Shown here one piece after another: positions 40,674-51,362 of a DNA stretch of 64,000 nucleotides. A program made the position numbers and the translations under genes. The DNA lies in assembly GCF_964204645.1 (NCBI RefSeq), contig NC_134032.1, positions 4,550,175-4,614,174 of the forward strand, written 5' to 3'. Source of the stretch: Tubulanus polymorphus (taxonomy: Eukaryota > Animalia > Nemertea). Position 1 is the stretch's first letter. Every line of letters starts with the position of its first letter. Below the pieces are notes generated by a model. It made no database searches, had not been told where the DNA came from, and was given only the letters and a program-made list of their open reading frames with translations.

Positions 40674-41102
40674 ATGTCGCAGCACCACATCATTCATCCT
40701 TATGGGACGGCGCAGTTCACTATGGAGGGCGCCGAGTACCACCGAAGGCTGAAGAAAATCAACGCTTTTTGCAATGTCCTCACGACACTAGTACCGCAAA
40801 CGCCCAACTCAGTGTATATAATGACTAAAACAAGCAAAGCGGTTCGGGAGCTCCCTGACAACTCTAAGGTCTCGATGTATCAGGATATCTTGGGGTCTCC
40901 CGAATTTAATCATATTCGATGGCAGCCCCTTAAGACCAAGATGGATTCAGACTTTGTGCTACTTCAGGCCATCTCACTCTTAAACCGCATGGGCTATGGA
41001 GACATAATGGCACATTTTACTCATCCATCGCAGCTCAATCCTTTTGAGAGTATGAACAGGGCCATTGCCACTCAAGGATTATTTCAAATTTTATCCCAAT
41101 AG
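40674..41102 (+). CDS. hypothetical protein
   Basis: 142-aa ORF with TAAAATG start. Confidence 0.65.
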   Translation: MSQHHIIHPYGTAQFTMEGAEYHRRLKKINAFCNVLTTLVPQTPNSVYIMTKTSKAVRELPDNSKVSMYQDILGSPEFNHIRWQPLKTKMDSDFVLLQAISLLNRMGYGDIMAHFTHPSQLNPFESMNRAIATQGLFQILSQ

Positions 41103-41104
41103 AG

Positions 41105-42052
41105 ATGAATGTCTATCAAGCAAAGGCTGGCCAGTTGGTCGGGGCTATGGGGGGCGATCGTAGCATTAATGATCATCATGACTCTAAGGACATCCCCACT
41201 CATGTGGAAATGTACCATAACCCCAATGCCCACTTTTTGTATGATACGTCTGACTTAAAAAAAATGGGCATCTTTATCTCGCAAAATCGCAAAACGCACC
41301 CAGAGCAGAAAGAGCTCCTGCGCGAAACGCCGCAAGAAGAAACGATGCAGCAGTGCTCTACTGGCCATTTTCAGCGCCAGACGGATGGGCCAATTGGCAT
41401 AGAGGGCAGTATGATTAAAGATGAGCAGCTCTTGCCTACCATCGTGCCCTATGAAGGCATGCCCACTAGCCTGCCCACCATGAATGCATATTATAAACAA
41501 ATCCCTCAGCAGCTCAGTAGCCACCCCTATTTTCAGTTTTCCGCCGGCGACGCCAACTCTGCTTCCAATGCGCGGTGGGAAAGGCAGCCCCCCAATGCCC
41601 CAGGGGTCCATCCGAGCGCGCCTGCCATGGCCCATGAAAACTATCTCACGAACCCCGGCCTGACGCCTCATTTTGGCGACTACAAAACGCAGAGCTCGAA
41701 CCCGCATGCGCCTGAGCGCCCAATGGGCCTGCACGGCATAGACACTCAGCAGGCACAAAACAATCCTTCGCTAGTTGTTCCAATGCAGCAGGCGCATGCG
41801 CCACTTATTCGCTCCTCTAATCAATACCCGACTCGAGATGCCTCTACTATCGACCATCGTCAGGGGGTGCATGGGCCCCTGCGCGCAATGGGTATAGAGC
41901 ACCCTCTGCCTCAGGTCGGAGGGATGGTGCCCATGTCATATGCGCGTGACACAGCCGAAACCCAAGGGCAGCGCCTGCCTCAGTTGTCTCATGCGCTTCC
42001 ACATATTCCTGCTTCTTGCTTATTTAGCCGAGATATGATGACCATTTATTAA
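41105..42052 (+). CDS. Q/P/H-rich protein (N-terminus tentatively B438L/p49-like)
   Basis: YQAKAGQL..SDLKKMGIFISQNRK; low-complexity remainder. Confidence 0.45.
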   Translation: MNVYQAKAGQLVGAMGGDRSINDHHDSKDIPTHVEMYHNPNAHFLYDTSDLKKMGIFISQNRKTHPEQKELLRETPQEETMQQCSTGHFQRQTDGPIGIEGSMIKDEQLLPTIVPYEGMPTSLPTMNAYYKQIPQQLSSHPYFQFSAGDANSASNARWERQPPNAPGVHPSAPAMAHENYLTNPGLTPHFGDYKTQSSNPHAPERPMGLHGIDTQQAQNNPSLVVPMQQAHAPLIRSSNQYPTRDASTIDHRQGVHGPLRAMGIEHPLPQVGGMVPMSYARDTAETQGQRLPQLSHALPHIPASCLFSRDMMTIY

Positions 42053-42334
42053 GGCCAGCCTGCAGACATGTCCTTCTTTTTTTTTTTGCCCATGTGCCCA
42101 GATCAGCAAAAGAGGTGTTTGCGAGCGCGCATGTCGCACTGATTCGCAAAGGGGGTGTTTAAGGTTTTTTGATTCAAGGCATTTCTGCGCTTTGCGAGGC
42201 AGGGGCCTTTTATCCCCTTTTTTTTCCCCTTTGGGCGCCGATAAAAAAAAGGGGTGGGGAGAAGGCGCTGCCCCATGGCGAGAAAAAAAAGGATCTATGG
42301 GGGCACATGCCTCCCTGTCTGCGCGATTAATCGC

Positions 42335-43483
42335 CTATGAATGGAAGGTATATTTTCCAGCTAAGAAGAAATTCCATCCAACGTTTACTAAGACAGAATT
42401 CATCGAGGCGTTTTTCACTAAGATGTCACTCATCCCATGATGGTAGAGCAGGAAGTTGTCTGGGCTCGCCATCTCAAGCAGGGGGCGATACGCATCCATG
42501 GCTGTCTGTACAAAGGATTCGAGCGTCAGAAACATGGGTACGCCTACGAATGCCAGGTAGGAAAAGGGGCTAGAGGTCCTTTTCTTATGTAAAATAGCGC
42601 ACACTCGCTGAGAATTTTTGATCAGGCCAGGATGTGGTGTGAACCACTCAGCTGGAATGGCAAGCATCTCTACTTTGTTCCCGAGCGACACAAGTGCCTC
42701 TGTGTCCTCAGGCACATTAGGATTGATGAGTTGAAATTCTGGTGGCTGCATCAGGCTCATAGGTGATTTGACGATAGCCGTCAGGCCATTGTCTCTTTCT
42801 AAGGGCCTCAGCACGGCGTCTCTAAAGTTGGCTGCGTTAGTCTGAGGGACGGCCCCAAGAGTGACTTCAGGCGTCGCAGGCCTTGATGCTTGCGCTTGCG
42901 CTTGGCCCATGTGGGGCTGAGATTGCGGGCGCTGCTGTTCAGGCTGGGCCATGGTGGTCTGGGGCTGCTGCTGCTGCTGCTGCTGTTGCTGCTGCTCTGG
43001 GTACACGGCGCTTGTCATGATGCTTTGGGTATTTTGCCCTGAAGGGACCGTAGCAAAGGGGGTGGTATGGTACATCATTTGCGGATCTGTTTGCCCTTGC
43101 GGATGGACCTGCGATTGGTACGCAGAGCGGTTTATGGCCGTGGGGTCCACTGACATGCCTGCATAGGGCGCCGGAAGTCCAGGCTTCTCGAGGCTTACGC
43201 TTTGCATTTTGTGCAATAGCTGCAGAGGCGCCTCAGTGCCTTGGGTGTAATACGACATCTTCGACTGCGTGACGACAGGGGCTTCTTGGGGCGCCTGCGA
43301 CTGCAGAGGGGAGCTTTGGTGGAGGACTAGGCTTTGCGGCAAGTCACCCATCCCGGTCATCGAGTGCGACTCGGGCATAGTGGTGGCCATTCCTTGCATG
43401 CCGGGCTGCAGCCCTTGTTGCTGAGCGCTCAGTTGAAAGGTGCTGGCCATGGTGTTGCGAAACGGCTGATCTGGAAAAGACAT
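42335..43483 (-). CDS. polyQ/low-complexity protein with a folded C-terminal domain
   Basis: PolyQ tract; Q/P/M/S-rich N-terminus. Confidence 0.75.
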   Translation of the reverse strand: MSFPDQPFRNTMASTFQLSAQQQGLQPGMQGMATTMPESHSMTGMGDLPQSLVLHQSSPLQSQAPQEAPVVTQSKMSYYTQGTEAPLQLLHKMQSVSLEKPGLPAPYAGMSVDPTAINRSAYQSQVHPQGQTDPQMMYHTTPFATVPSGQNTQSIMTSAVYPEQQQQQQQQQQPQTTMAQPEQQRPQSQPHMGQAQAQASRPATPEVTLGAVPQTNAANFRDAVLRPLERDNGLTAIVKSPMSLMQPPEFQLINPNVPEDTEALVSLGNKVEMLAIPAEWFTPHPGLIKNSQRVCAILHKKRTSSPFSYLAFVGVPMFLTLESFVQTAMDAYRPLLEMASPDNFLLYHHGMSDILVKNASMNSVLVNVGWNFFLAGKYTFHS

Positions 43484-43553
43484 ACTACTATAAATCTTAT
43501 AATAGGGCGTTCTTATTCAAACTGTTTAATTCTGTATATTAGGATATTCAAAC

Positions 43554-44003
43554 ATGTCTAGGACGACAAAGCTGGGGGCGCCAGCCTGCCGCGAAGTCTT
43601 TAGGTACAGCGGCTATGGAAACAAAATCTTGCTCCCAGAGCTCCATCAGTATCCCTCGCCATCCGTGCCCCTCGGGGAAGCGCCCCAGCCCCAGAGCCCT
43701 GATGTCTATCTAGAAAGCGGGGGCTTGATTCTGTTTCTGCCGCCTGAAGAAGGGCACCTGTGGCAAAAGCAGCTGGCAGGGGCCTGGCAACATATAGACG
43801 CCCTTACAATCGTCGATAGCAAAGTAATAGGCTACATCGCGTTTGTCTTGGAGTCCGCCTACCGAAATCGCTTTTACTATAAGCTAATGATGCCGTATGT
43901 GATCCCCTGCAAGCAGCCCATCTCGCCCGAGGTCAGCTTGCATTTGGCGCTGCCTTCCCATTCGGAGCTGATTATGGCATATGTCTATTTGCATGTTCGA
44001 TAA
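43554..44003 (+). CDS. hypothetical protein
   Basis: 149-aa ORF after an AT-rich divergent spacer. Confidence 0.6.
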   Translation: MSRTTKLGAPACREVFRYSGYGNKILLPELHQYPSPSVPLGEAPQPQSPDVYLESGGLILFLPPEEGHLWQKQLAGAWQHIDALTIVDSKVIGYIAFVLESAYRNRFYYKLMMPYVIPCKQPISPEVSLHLALPSHSELIMAYVYLHVR

Positions 44004-44086
44004 ATGCGCCTTTGGTGGGCAGCGGTGGCCGCCTCTGCCATTTTATAATTGGCTGCATTTTTTCCTTTCTAGACAGCACCTTCACC

Positions 44087-47000
44087 ATGGAAGAAGATAC
44101 CAGCAATTTCATCAAGGAGGCCCTGAGCCTATATAAAAACCCAAAGATTCATGATTCGCCCCTGCTCGACTACAATCACAACACCACTATTCAGGACTTT
44201 GTCGAGCTCCTTTGGCAAAATCCGCATGTCTCGTCTAATTTGCTCATTGTGGGCCTGCCTGGCAGCGGGAAGACCAGAGTCTCTCTAAATTTGGCGGTCT
44301 CCTTTTTGGTAAAGATGCTGCACATTGATTTTACGCGCAACAAGCATATCATGTTTGTCTCTTACAATACCCCTGTCATCTTTAAAGAGTTCTATGTCAA
44401 CACCCGCTACAAATTTGTCACATCAGAAGAAGACTTTGATCTCAACTCGATTGTCCATCGGGTAGGATACAAAAAGCTCGCCATGAGTGTGTTTCCAAAC
44501 CTGACAGACGGCCAAGAAAACAAATACTTTGAAAACCAGACAGGCTGGACCCCTGAGCTAGATGCCCTGCGGCTCGATAACAAAATCACTGTGAATTACA
44601 ATTTTATCGATACCCTGAAGGACTACTTTGTGATCATCATGGACGAAATGCATGAAATGCACTCGAATGGGCTGCTCAACACAAATGGCATCACTGCGGC
44701 TTTTATTAAATTCATATGCCCCTCTGTGCGCATGATTTTTGTCAGCGCTACGCCCATCACCACGCAGCCCAAAGAAATCATTTGCCTTTACAACCTGATT
44801 TGCAACAAGGCCCTTCAGCACAATGATTTTTTCTTGCAGCGCAACAAAAACATTTCTATCCTCGAGCCCGCGATTAAGTACATTGAAGACATTGGCCACA
44901 GCACCGTCGTCCTCAATCCCCCCGATTCGGGACCCTGACATTATCTATGAGGGCGAACAAATCCCGCAGCTCGCCCAGGCAGGCATCCATATGAATTATA
45001 TATCGTGCCCCCTGACAAAATCGCAAGAGCACTTTTGGCAAATCTATGCCGGCAACAAGAACTATCAAAAAATTGCAGAGATGTGCGCCATCCCCCTCAG
45101 CCCTACTAAGCTCGCTACCGTGCCGACCAATCCTACCCGGCAGCTCCGCGCGCTTTTGCCCACGCTTGAGAGCTGCTTTAAGGCCTCATCCATTTTGGCC
45201 AAGCTGCATGATCTGCTAATTGTAAAAGGCCTCTTGTACCACCCTGGCAATATTGTGCTCTACATGCTGCTGCAGATTTTTCCAGGCAGCTGCCTCATCA
45301 CGCACTATCTAGATTTGGTGGGCTTCCAAGAATACAATCGGCGCCCCTATATGGCGAGCACTCTCTGCATGCTGTGCAAGGGCCCTCACTCATCGACGCA
45401 GCACAAGCAGGTGATTCCTACATACGCCTGCATGAACAGTTTTGTGCAGCCTAACACCCTCACAGAAACAATAGAGACTTTCAACTCAGACGATAACGAT
45501 GAGGGTCACAAGATTGCAGTGATCTGCGGCACAAACACCATTTCTGTATCTATGACATTTAACAACACGACAAAGATGTTCATTTTGCGCATGCCGCCCT
45601 CCTTTTCGATCCTGCGCCAATTGGCGGGCCGCATCTTTCGCCCGGCCGTGATCAGGAGCTCCAAGATCGAGCAGTGCATCCACATCTTCAACATGATTGT
45701 GACCTCTGCCCACCCAAACATTCCTATGACTCTCGACATTGAGCAGAAGCTGGGCAAGCACCTGAACTGGATTTCTATACGCGAAATCATGAAGATCATC
45801 TGCTCCAATTCGATGTCTGCGCACCACATCGATCTTAAGTTCCAGCAGGCCAAGTACATCGACGCGCCCCGGCTTTTCAAGCCGCGCAATCCCATTTCAA
45901 GCGCGGCGCAAATCCATGATTACCTGCTCTGCCCGCAGTCGTACTATGAGACCACGGCCGAATATGAAATTCGCGAATACCGCAGCGAGATCTTAGAGCA
46001 AAAGCGCGTAGAGATCGCCTGCGAAGTCATCAAGCTCATGCTAAAAGTGCATGGCGCAATCACTATCGAGATGCTCATGAAGGCAGTCGAGGGCAATAAG
46101 TCAGTGTCCCTATATGCCATAAAGGCCCTTGAGCGGCGCCATTTCTTGATTGCGGCCGCCCTGATGAATCACCTTAAGGATCGCATTTGCAGCCAGTCGA
46201 CGCAAGAGATCTTAGATGTGCACATGGCCCCTGAAGATGTCAATCTGTTTTCGGTGTTTACAAATCCTGCGCGACCCTGGATCGTAGATGAGCAGCAGCA
46301 CATTAAAGTCATCTGCCTCGGCGACAATGTGATTTACCTCTCAAACATAGATGAGCCCCACCACAATGATTATGTGATTCAGAATGTCAACACAGCGCCC
46401 TATTTTAATACGGTGGGCATCGTCCTGAGCAAATTGGAGATGAGCATTATGTCCATATGGACCTCCCTGATAGAGAGCATAGATCAGCTCCCACCAGACT
46501 CTTTTGATCTAGAGCTTTTCTTGCATTGCCTCAGCCCCATGGCCCTCGACTCGATTTTGATCAGCATTGGAAGCGGCGGCGCGATACCAGAGGGGCCCCA
46601 GGCAGAGATGTTCATAGAGCTCCTGCTGAACCTGCGCATCATCATTAGCAAAAAAGAGGCGACTGAGCACATGGGCGACATTTTCAGTGTGCCTTATCCG
46701 ATTGGCTATTATCAGGGCAGCTATCATTATATCCAAAACAGCGAGCCCGTCGCCGTGGAGTCAGCCTTCTCTTATTACAAAAGCAATGAGCCCGCAGAAG
46801 ACGCCCGCTTACGCCTGGTCTCGGCGCGCAACAAATTCACCATAGTGCTACAAACAGATTCCATTCGCGACCACAATGACATGCGCTGCTATCAAAAGGG
46901 CATCAGTATCATGAACATTAATCTAGACAAGCTTGTGCAGCGGCTCGAGTCATGCGGGGGCAAGCTCTGCCAGCATTTGTTGGCGAATCTGGGCGGCATT

Positions 47001-47117
47001 AGTGCGATGCCCTCAATTAAGACATGGATCTGCTATGAATTTTTGGAAGCGCATAGAAAAAATCCCAAAAAGGGATACATCGCGCTCATGACAAACAGAA
47101 ATGTCATTGGCGTCTGA
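44087..47117 (+). CDS. SF2 helicase/early transcription factor subunit (D1133L/D6-like), +1 frameshift at ~44918-44938
   Basis: GLPGSGKT, MDEMH and SATP in ORF1; QLAGRIFR in ORF2. Confidence 0.85.
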
Positions 47118-47163
47118 TTCTCCTCTTTATGGCTTTTTTTTTTGTTGGCCGCGCCCCCGACGG

Positions 47164-47925
47164 CTACATCTGCGCGGGCGACTGACAGGCCTGAATGTAG
47201 GGACTCCAATCAATAGGCTCATGGCGCTTATAAAAGGCGCTTAACTGCGAAGAGCCAGCACCCAGCGCTGCCATTCCAGCCATCGACAGCATTCCTATAA
47301 AGGGGCTGATCTCCGTGGGCAAACAACGAACAGCATTTTGCACGATGGGCGATATGCTCGCATTAAATATGGACGTAGGCACATAATGATATGGGATCTC
47401 CGGCATGGCCTCCATACTATGGTGAAACAGATCCAGCCCCTTGTTGACCATGGGAGGCACCTGCTCCTCATTCAGGCGCTGCCGGACTACATAATACAGG
47501 TAAGTCTCTACACTTTTGTCGTGCGGGCGCGCCAGTGCATCTTTGACCTGCTCCACAGTCCGGCGCGATAGGGTGTCTGGATATGTCTCTAAAATGTTTA
47601 GAGAGGACTGCAACAGGTGTTCAGAGCCTGCCCCTTTGACCTCAAACATGCTTTTTGCGTCTTCTAGTGTGAGCATGGGCTGCGGCTGCGCCATGGGCGC
47701 CATCGTTGTATTAATTGTGGCCTCAGGCATCATCGGCGCTACATGGGGCGGTGCCGGCGGCGCGACAGGGGCCAAAAGGGGTGCGCCCATCTCTGGGCCC
47801 ATAGGGACTGTTTGTATGGGGAGCGCATTCTCGCTAGAGTGCTCGGGGAGCATCGATGCAGGGTCCTGCGACACCTGGCGCAACATGTCGCTCAGGCTCA
47901 TTGAGGCCATATTGTTAAAAGCCAT
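47164..47925 (-). CDS. hypothetical protein, M/P/A-rich N-terminus
   Basis: 253-aa ORF. Confidence 0.7.
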   Translation of the reverse strand: MAFNNMASMSLSDMLRQVSQDPASMLPEHSSENALPIQTVPMGPEMGAPLLAPVAPPAPPHVAPMMPEATINTTMAPMAQPQPMLTLEDAKSMFEVKGAGSEHLLQSSLNILETYPDTLSRRTVEQVKDALARPHDKSVETYLYYVVRQRLNEEQVPPMVNKGLDLFHHSMEAMPEIPYHYVPTSIFNASISPIVQNAVRCLPTEISPFIGMLSMAGMAALGAGSSQLSAFYKRHEPIDWSPYIQACQSPAQM

Positions 47926-48031
47926 AATGCGCCTGTTGTGGAAAGGTTTGAATTCTAGCCAGCAAAGATTTTACTTTTATGGACTCGACCTGCGTTAAAC
48001 CATAGCAGTGTATTTTATTTAGAAATAAAAT

Positions 48032-49819
48032 ATGTGGCCTGGTCTTCCGAGCCACTATTCGAATCAGCTAAATCTAAGAAACGCCCATCCTATTCCTATT
48101 TTTGGCCAGCCATCTCATATCAATTTTACGTCTATGATTCCCCCAGGCGCTTTGGGGAGCACGCACATGAGAGCTGCCGGGCATAATCCTATGATCCCAA
48201 ATTACATGCCACTGAGGCCGCAAGGAACAATGCCTTATAACATGGGCGCGCCCTTTATGGGAATGCCGCAAGGGCCCACAATGACGCCTGCCCTAGGGCT
48301 GTCAGGACTAGCAGGGGGGCAACAAACAATGAATATGCCTATGCAGCAAGGGCCGCAAGGGCCGCAAGGGGGAATGGGCCTTAATAGCATGCTGGGGTTT
48401 CCGCCTCTTATGAATGGCCCAAGAGCGCAGCAGCAGCCTTCTATGATAGGGCCCCATCCGCTGTCTATGCCTCAGCAGGCGCCTCCCCAAATGGGCATGA
48501 ATCAGGCGCCTCCCCAAATGGGCATGAATCAATCAGGGCCAATGGCTCCTCCCCAAATGGGCATGAATCAATCAGGGCCAATGGCTCCTCCCCAAATGGG
48601 CATGAATCAATCAGGGCCAATGGCTCCTCCCCAAATGGGCATGAATCAATCAGGGCCAATGGCTCCTCCCCAAATGGAAATGAATCAGGCGCGCCCGCAA
48701 ATGGGAATGAATCAGGCGCCCCCGCAAATGGGAATGAATCAGGCGCCCCCGCAAATGGGAATGACTCCGCAGTTGTATCAGCATCTATCTGCCGCACAAC
48801 TGCCGCAATTAGAGCCGTCGCAACAAATGAATGGAAATGCTGGATTTGGTTTCTCGATGCCGCCGCCTTCAATGGGTGGGCCAGGGTCCATGCAAATCCC
48901 AATGAATCCTCAGCAGCAACAGCAACAGCAACCACCGCAGCAACAGCAGCAGCCATTGGGCATTCCACCGCCGGGCTCCTATCCGTTCTATGCTCCATCG
49001 GCGCCACCCCTTGATCGGCGCGTGCATTTTGGAGAGGACAGAGAGCACCTGATAGACACGCGCATGCCTGCCAATTATCGGCGCAGCTATCAAGAATCAG
49101 AGGCACCACCCCAAAGGTCTCAGTACAATCGCGCATCCGGTTTTGGCAAGAGAGGCAACCCCCCTGAGAAGCCGTATGATTGGAGGATGGAAGTGATATC
49201 GGGATCCGAAGATGCTGAAGAGCAAGAGCAGTTTTTAGACAAGCTGGCCCGTAGCGCCATTCAAATAAAAAAAGAAAAAGCAGAAGATGAGTATGGCCCC
49301 CAAATGCCGCCCTACAAGGGTGGGCGCTCTCAGGATAACAGACAGGGGGCGCAACAGCAGGGGCACTCCTCATCTGTTTATAACAAAACCAGGAAGCTGC
49401 TCAGTATGGCACCGCCTAGCAGCCAGTCTTTGATAGGCATGATGACGCCGATGGCCCAGCCCCAGCAGCAACAAGCGATGGCATTGGCCCAGCCCCAGCA
49501 GCAACAAGCGATGTCGATGGCCCAGCCCCAGCAGCAACAAGCGCCGATGGCGATGATGCCGCCAATGAGCCAGCCTCAGCAGCAGGTGCCGATGTCGATG
49601 GGCATGCAACAAACGCAGGCGCCTGCTGTGCGCATGGTCCCTGCGCAGTCGCCAATGTCACTGCAGCCCTCTTATGACCAAAGTATGTGGAGCACTGCTA
49701 CGCCGCAGCAAAGCTATGAAGTGAGCCACCCCATGCCCTCAACTGCCCAAATGCCTATGGGCGCTGCATCGTCAATGGGCATGCTCGAATCGGTGAAGCA
49801 AAGCAGGCCCATTGTTTAA
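48032..49819 (+). CDS. Q/M/P/G-rich intrinsically disordered protein with tandem repeats
   Basis: PPQMGMNQ(SGPMA) repeats, polyQ, AQPQQQQA repeats. Confidence 0.8.
   Translation: MWPGLPSHYSNQLNLRNAHPIPIFGQPSHINFTSMIPPGALGSTHMRAAGHNPMIPNYMPLRPQGTMPYNMGAPFMGMPQGPTMTPALGLSGLAGGQQTMNMPMQQGPQGPQGGMGLNSMLGFPPLMNGPRAQQQPSMIGPHPLSMPQQAPPQMGMNQAPPQMGMNQSGPMAPPQMGMNQSGPMAPPQMGMNQSGPMAPPQMGMNQSGPMAPPQMEMNQARPQMGMNQAPPQMGMNQAPPQMGMTPQLYQHLSAAQLPQLEPSQQMNGNAGFGFSMPPPSMGGPGSMQIPMNPQQQQQQQPPQQQQQPLGIPPPGSYPFYAPSAPPLDRRVHFGEDREHLIDTRMPANYRRSYQESEAPPQRSQYNRASGFGKRGNPPEKPYDWRMEVISGSEDAEEQEQFLDKLARSAIQIKKEKAEDEYGPQMPPYKGGRSQDNRQGAQQQGHSSSVYNKTRKLLSMAPPSSQSLIGMMTPMAQPQQQQAMALAQPQQQQAMSMAQPQQQQAPMAMMPPMSQPQQQVPMSMGMQQTQAPAVRMVPAQSPMSLQPSYDQSMWSTATPQQSYEVSHPMPSTAQMPMGAASSMGMLESVKQSRPIV
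48474..48765 (+). repeat. coding repeats of 39-bp and 27-bp units
   Basis: CCTCCCCAAATGGGCATGAATCA recurs. Confidence 0.9.
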
Positions 49820-49954
49820 ATGCAAAGGGGCGCGTGGGCGCGCTAGTATCCGATATTAGATCTTATTTTTTTTTTGTGGGCCGCTGCTGTGTGCGAAGTC
49901 GCAGGGATCTGCAAAAAAAAATATATACTATCACAAAGCGCACCCTGGATTGAC

Positions 49955-51304
49955 TTATTTGTTATTTTTTTTTTTAAATAATTTTGGGGGCCCCATTAGC
50001 ATTGGACCTGCAGCTCCATATGGCGCCGTCATACCTGGCTGCTGTTGCGGGTAGCCGCTGTAAGTGGGGGGAAATGCGCTGTACCCGGATTGCTGCATAT
50101 AGGGAGAGGTGCCATAGCCCATTGGGTATCCCATGCCCGGATAGCTCGGCGCCTGCACGCTTATGTAGCTGCCCATGGGGTTGTATCCAGGGCTTTGCAT
50201 GCCTATATAGCTGTTCATTGGGTTGTATCCAGGGCTTTGCATGCCCATATAGGTGCCCATTGCGTTATATCCAGGGCTTTGCATGCCAATATAGTTGTTC
50301 ATTGGATTCGACACCATGGAGCCATATGAGCCTGGCTGCATGTAACCGGGAAAGGCACCCTGCTGCGGATATCCACTAAAGCCTGGCTGCTGCTGTGGGG
50401 GAAATTGTCCTGTTAAGGCTGGTGTATTCATGTTTGCGTGAGGATCTTTCGCTTTCTGTAACTCGTTGAGGTGAGATGTGTATGTTTCTATTAGTGCATG
50501 ATTAGGAATCGAAAACTGTTGCGACATTTTCAAATTTTCTGCAGCGTGGAAATGCGCAAATTCAGCACTTCTTGGAGAACAGATGACAGGGACGACTTTG
50601 GCTAAGAGAGAGTCAAATTGTTTGTCATAGTATTCCAGCATCCGCTTGATCGTGAAATAAGGGTGCAGCCGTAGAGTCTCGTCTAAAAAATCTATGCATT
50701 TTTGCACCATAGCAGCCTGAAACCCCTGCCTTACTAGGTTTTGCCCCACCTGCACTAATTGATTAGAGAACTCTCCCGCCGGAAGCTCTGTGTTTGAGCT
50801 TAAATTGGGCATCAGCGGCAGCGTAAATACTAAATGGGCGCAAATCTCAATGATGTCTGCATTCGTTTTGATCGCCGTTTCTCGAATGGTTTCATCTAAA
50901 AACACGCCAGGCAGATACTGGTCTAATGCTAATAAAGATGAAAACGCCACAATTTTTTTCATAATATTGGGCATCAACGATAGCGGATCTCCCAAGCAGG
51001 CCTGGATTGTGAGAGTGGGTCGGCGATGTATGTACGCCACAATCTTTTGCACAGCAGTGAGGTAATTGCTGCCCTTGCCCACTCCATGGCAAGAGTCTGT
51101 GATCAGATCTGAAAATTTTGTGAGCAGATAGTTTGTGACCTGGCCGATGCCCTTGGACGAGGGGCACAAATTGTTTTCATCTACGGCATGTCGAAGTAGG
51201 GTAAAACTTTTGGTTGCTATATGCCGGAATACATAGCGGTCTATGTCCAGGGCATCGCAAGAATCGACAAAAAGTGACCCAGGTTTTAATTGTCCAAAAG
51301 ACAT
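49955..51304 (-). CDS. helical protein with Y/G/P/Q-rich tail containing 14-aa MQSPGY repeats
   Basis: Y(I/M)GMQSPGYNxM repeated three times (42-bp units). Confidence 0.75.
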   Translation of the reverse strand: MSFGQLKPGSLFVDSCDALDIDRYVFRHIATKSFTLLRHAVDENNLCPSSKGIGQVTNYLLTKFSDLITDSCHGVGKGSNYLTAVQKIVAYIHRRPTLTIQACLGDPLSLMPNIMKKIVAFSSLLALDQYLPGVFLDETIRETAIKTNADIIEICAHLVFTLPLMPNLSSNTELPAGEFSNQLVQVGQNLVRQGFQAAMVQKCIDFLDETLRLHPYFTIKRMLEYYDKQFDSLLAKVVPVICSPRSAEFAHFHAAENLKMSQQFSIPNHALIETYTSHLNELQKAKDPHANMNTPALTGQFPPQQQPGFSGYPQQGAFPGYMQPGSYGSMVSNPMNNYIGMQSPGYNAMGTYMGMQSPGYNPMNSYIGMQSPGYNPMGSYISVQAPSYPGMGYPMGYGTSPYMQQSGYSAFPPTYSGYPQQQPGMTAPYGAAGPMLMGPPKLFKKKNNK

Positions 51305-51362
51305 TTTAGTTGAATCACAGGCGCCAGTTTTCACTATAGCATTTGTGCTTTCAAACTTTCAA

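Noticed and set aside
48465-49373. 302-aa minus-strand ORF
   Set aside because: Shadow of the repeat-rich 595-aa gene
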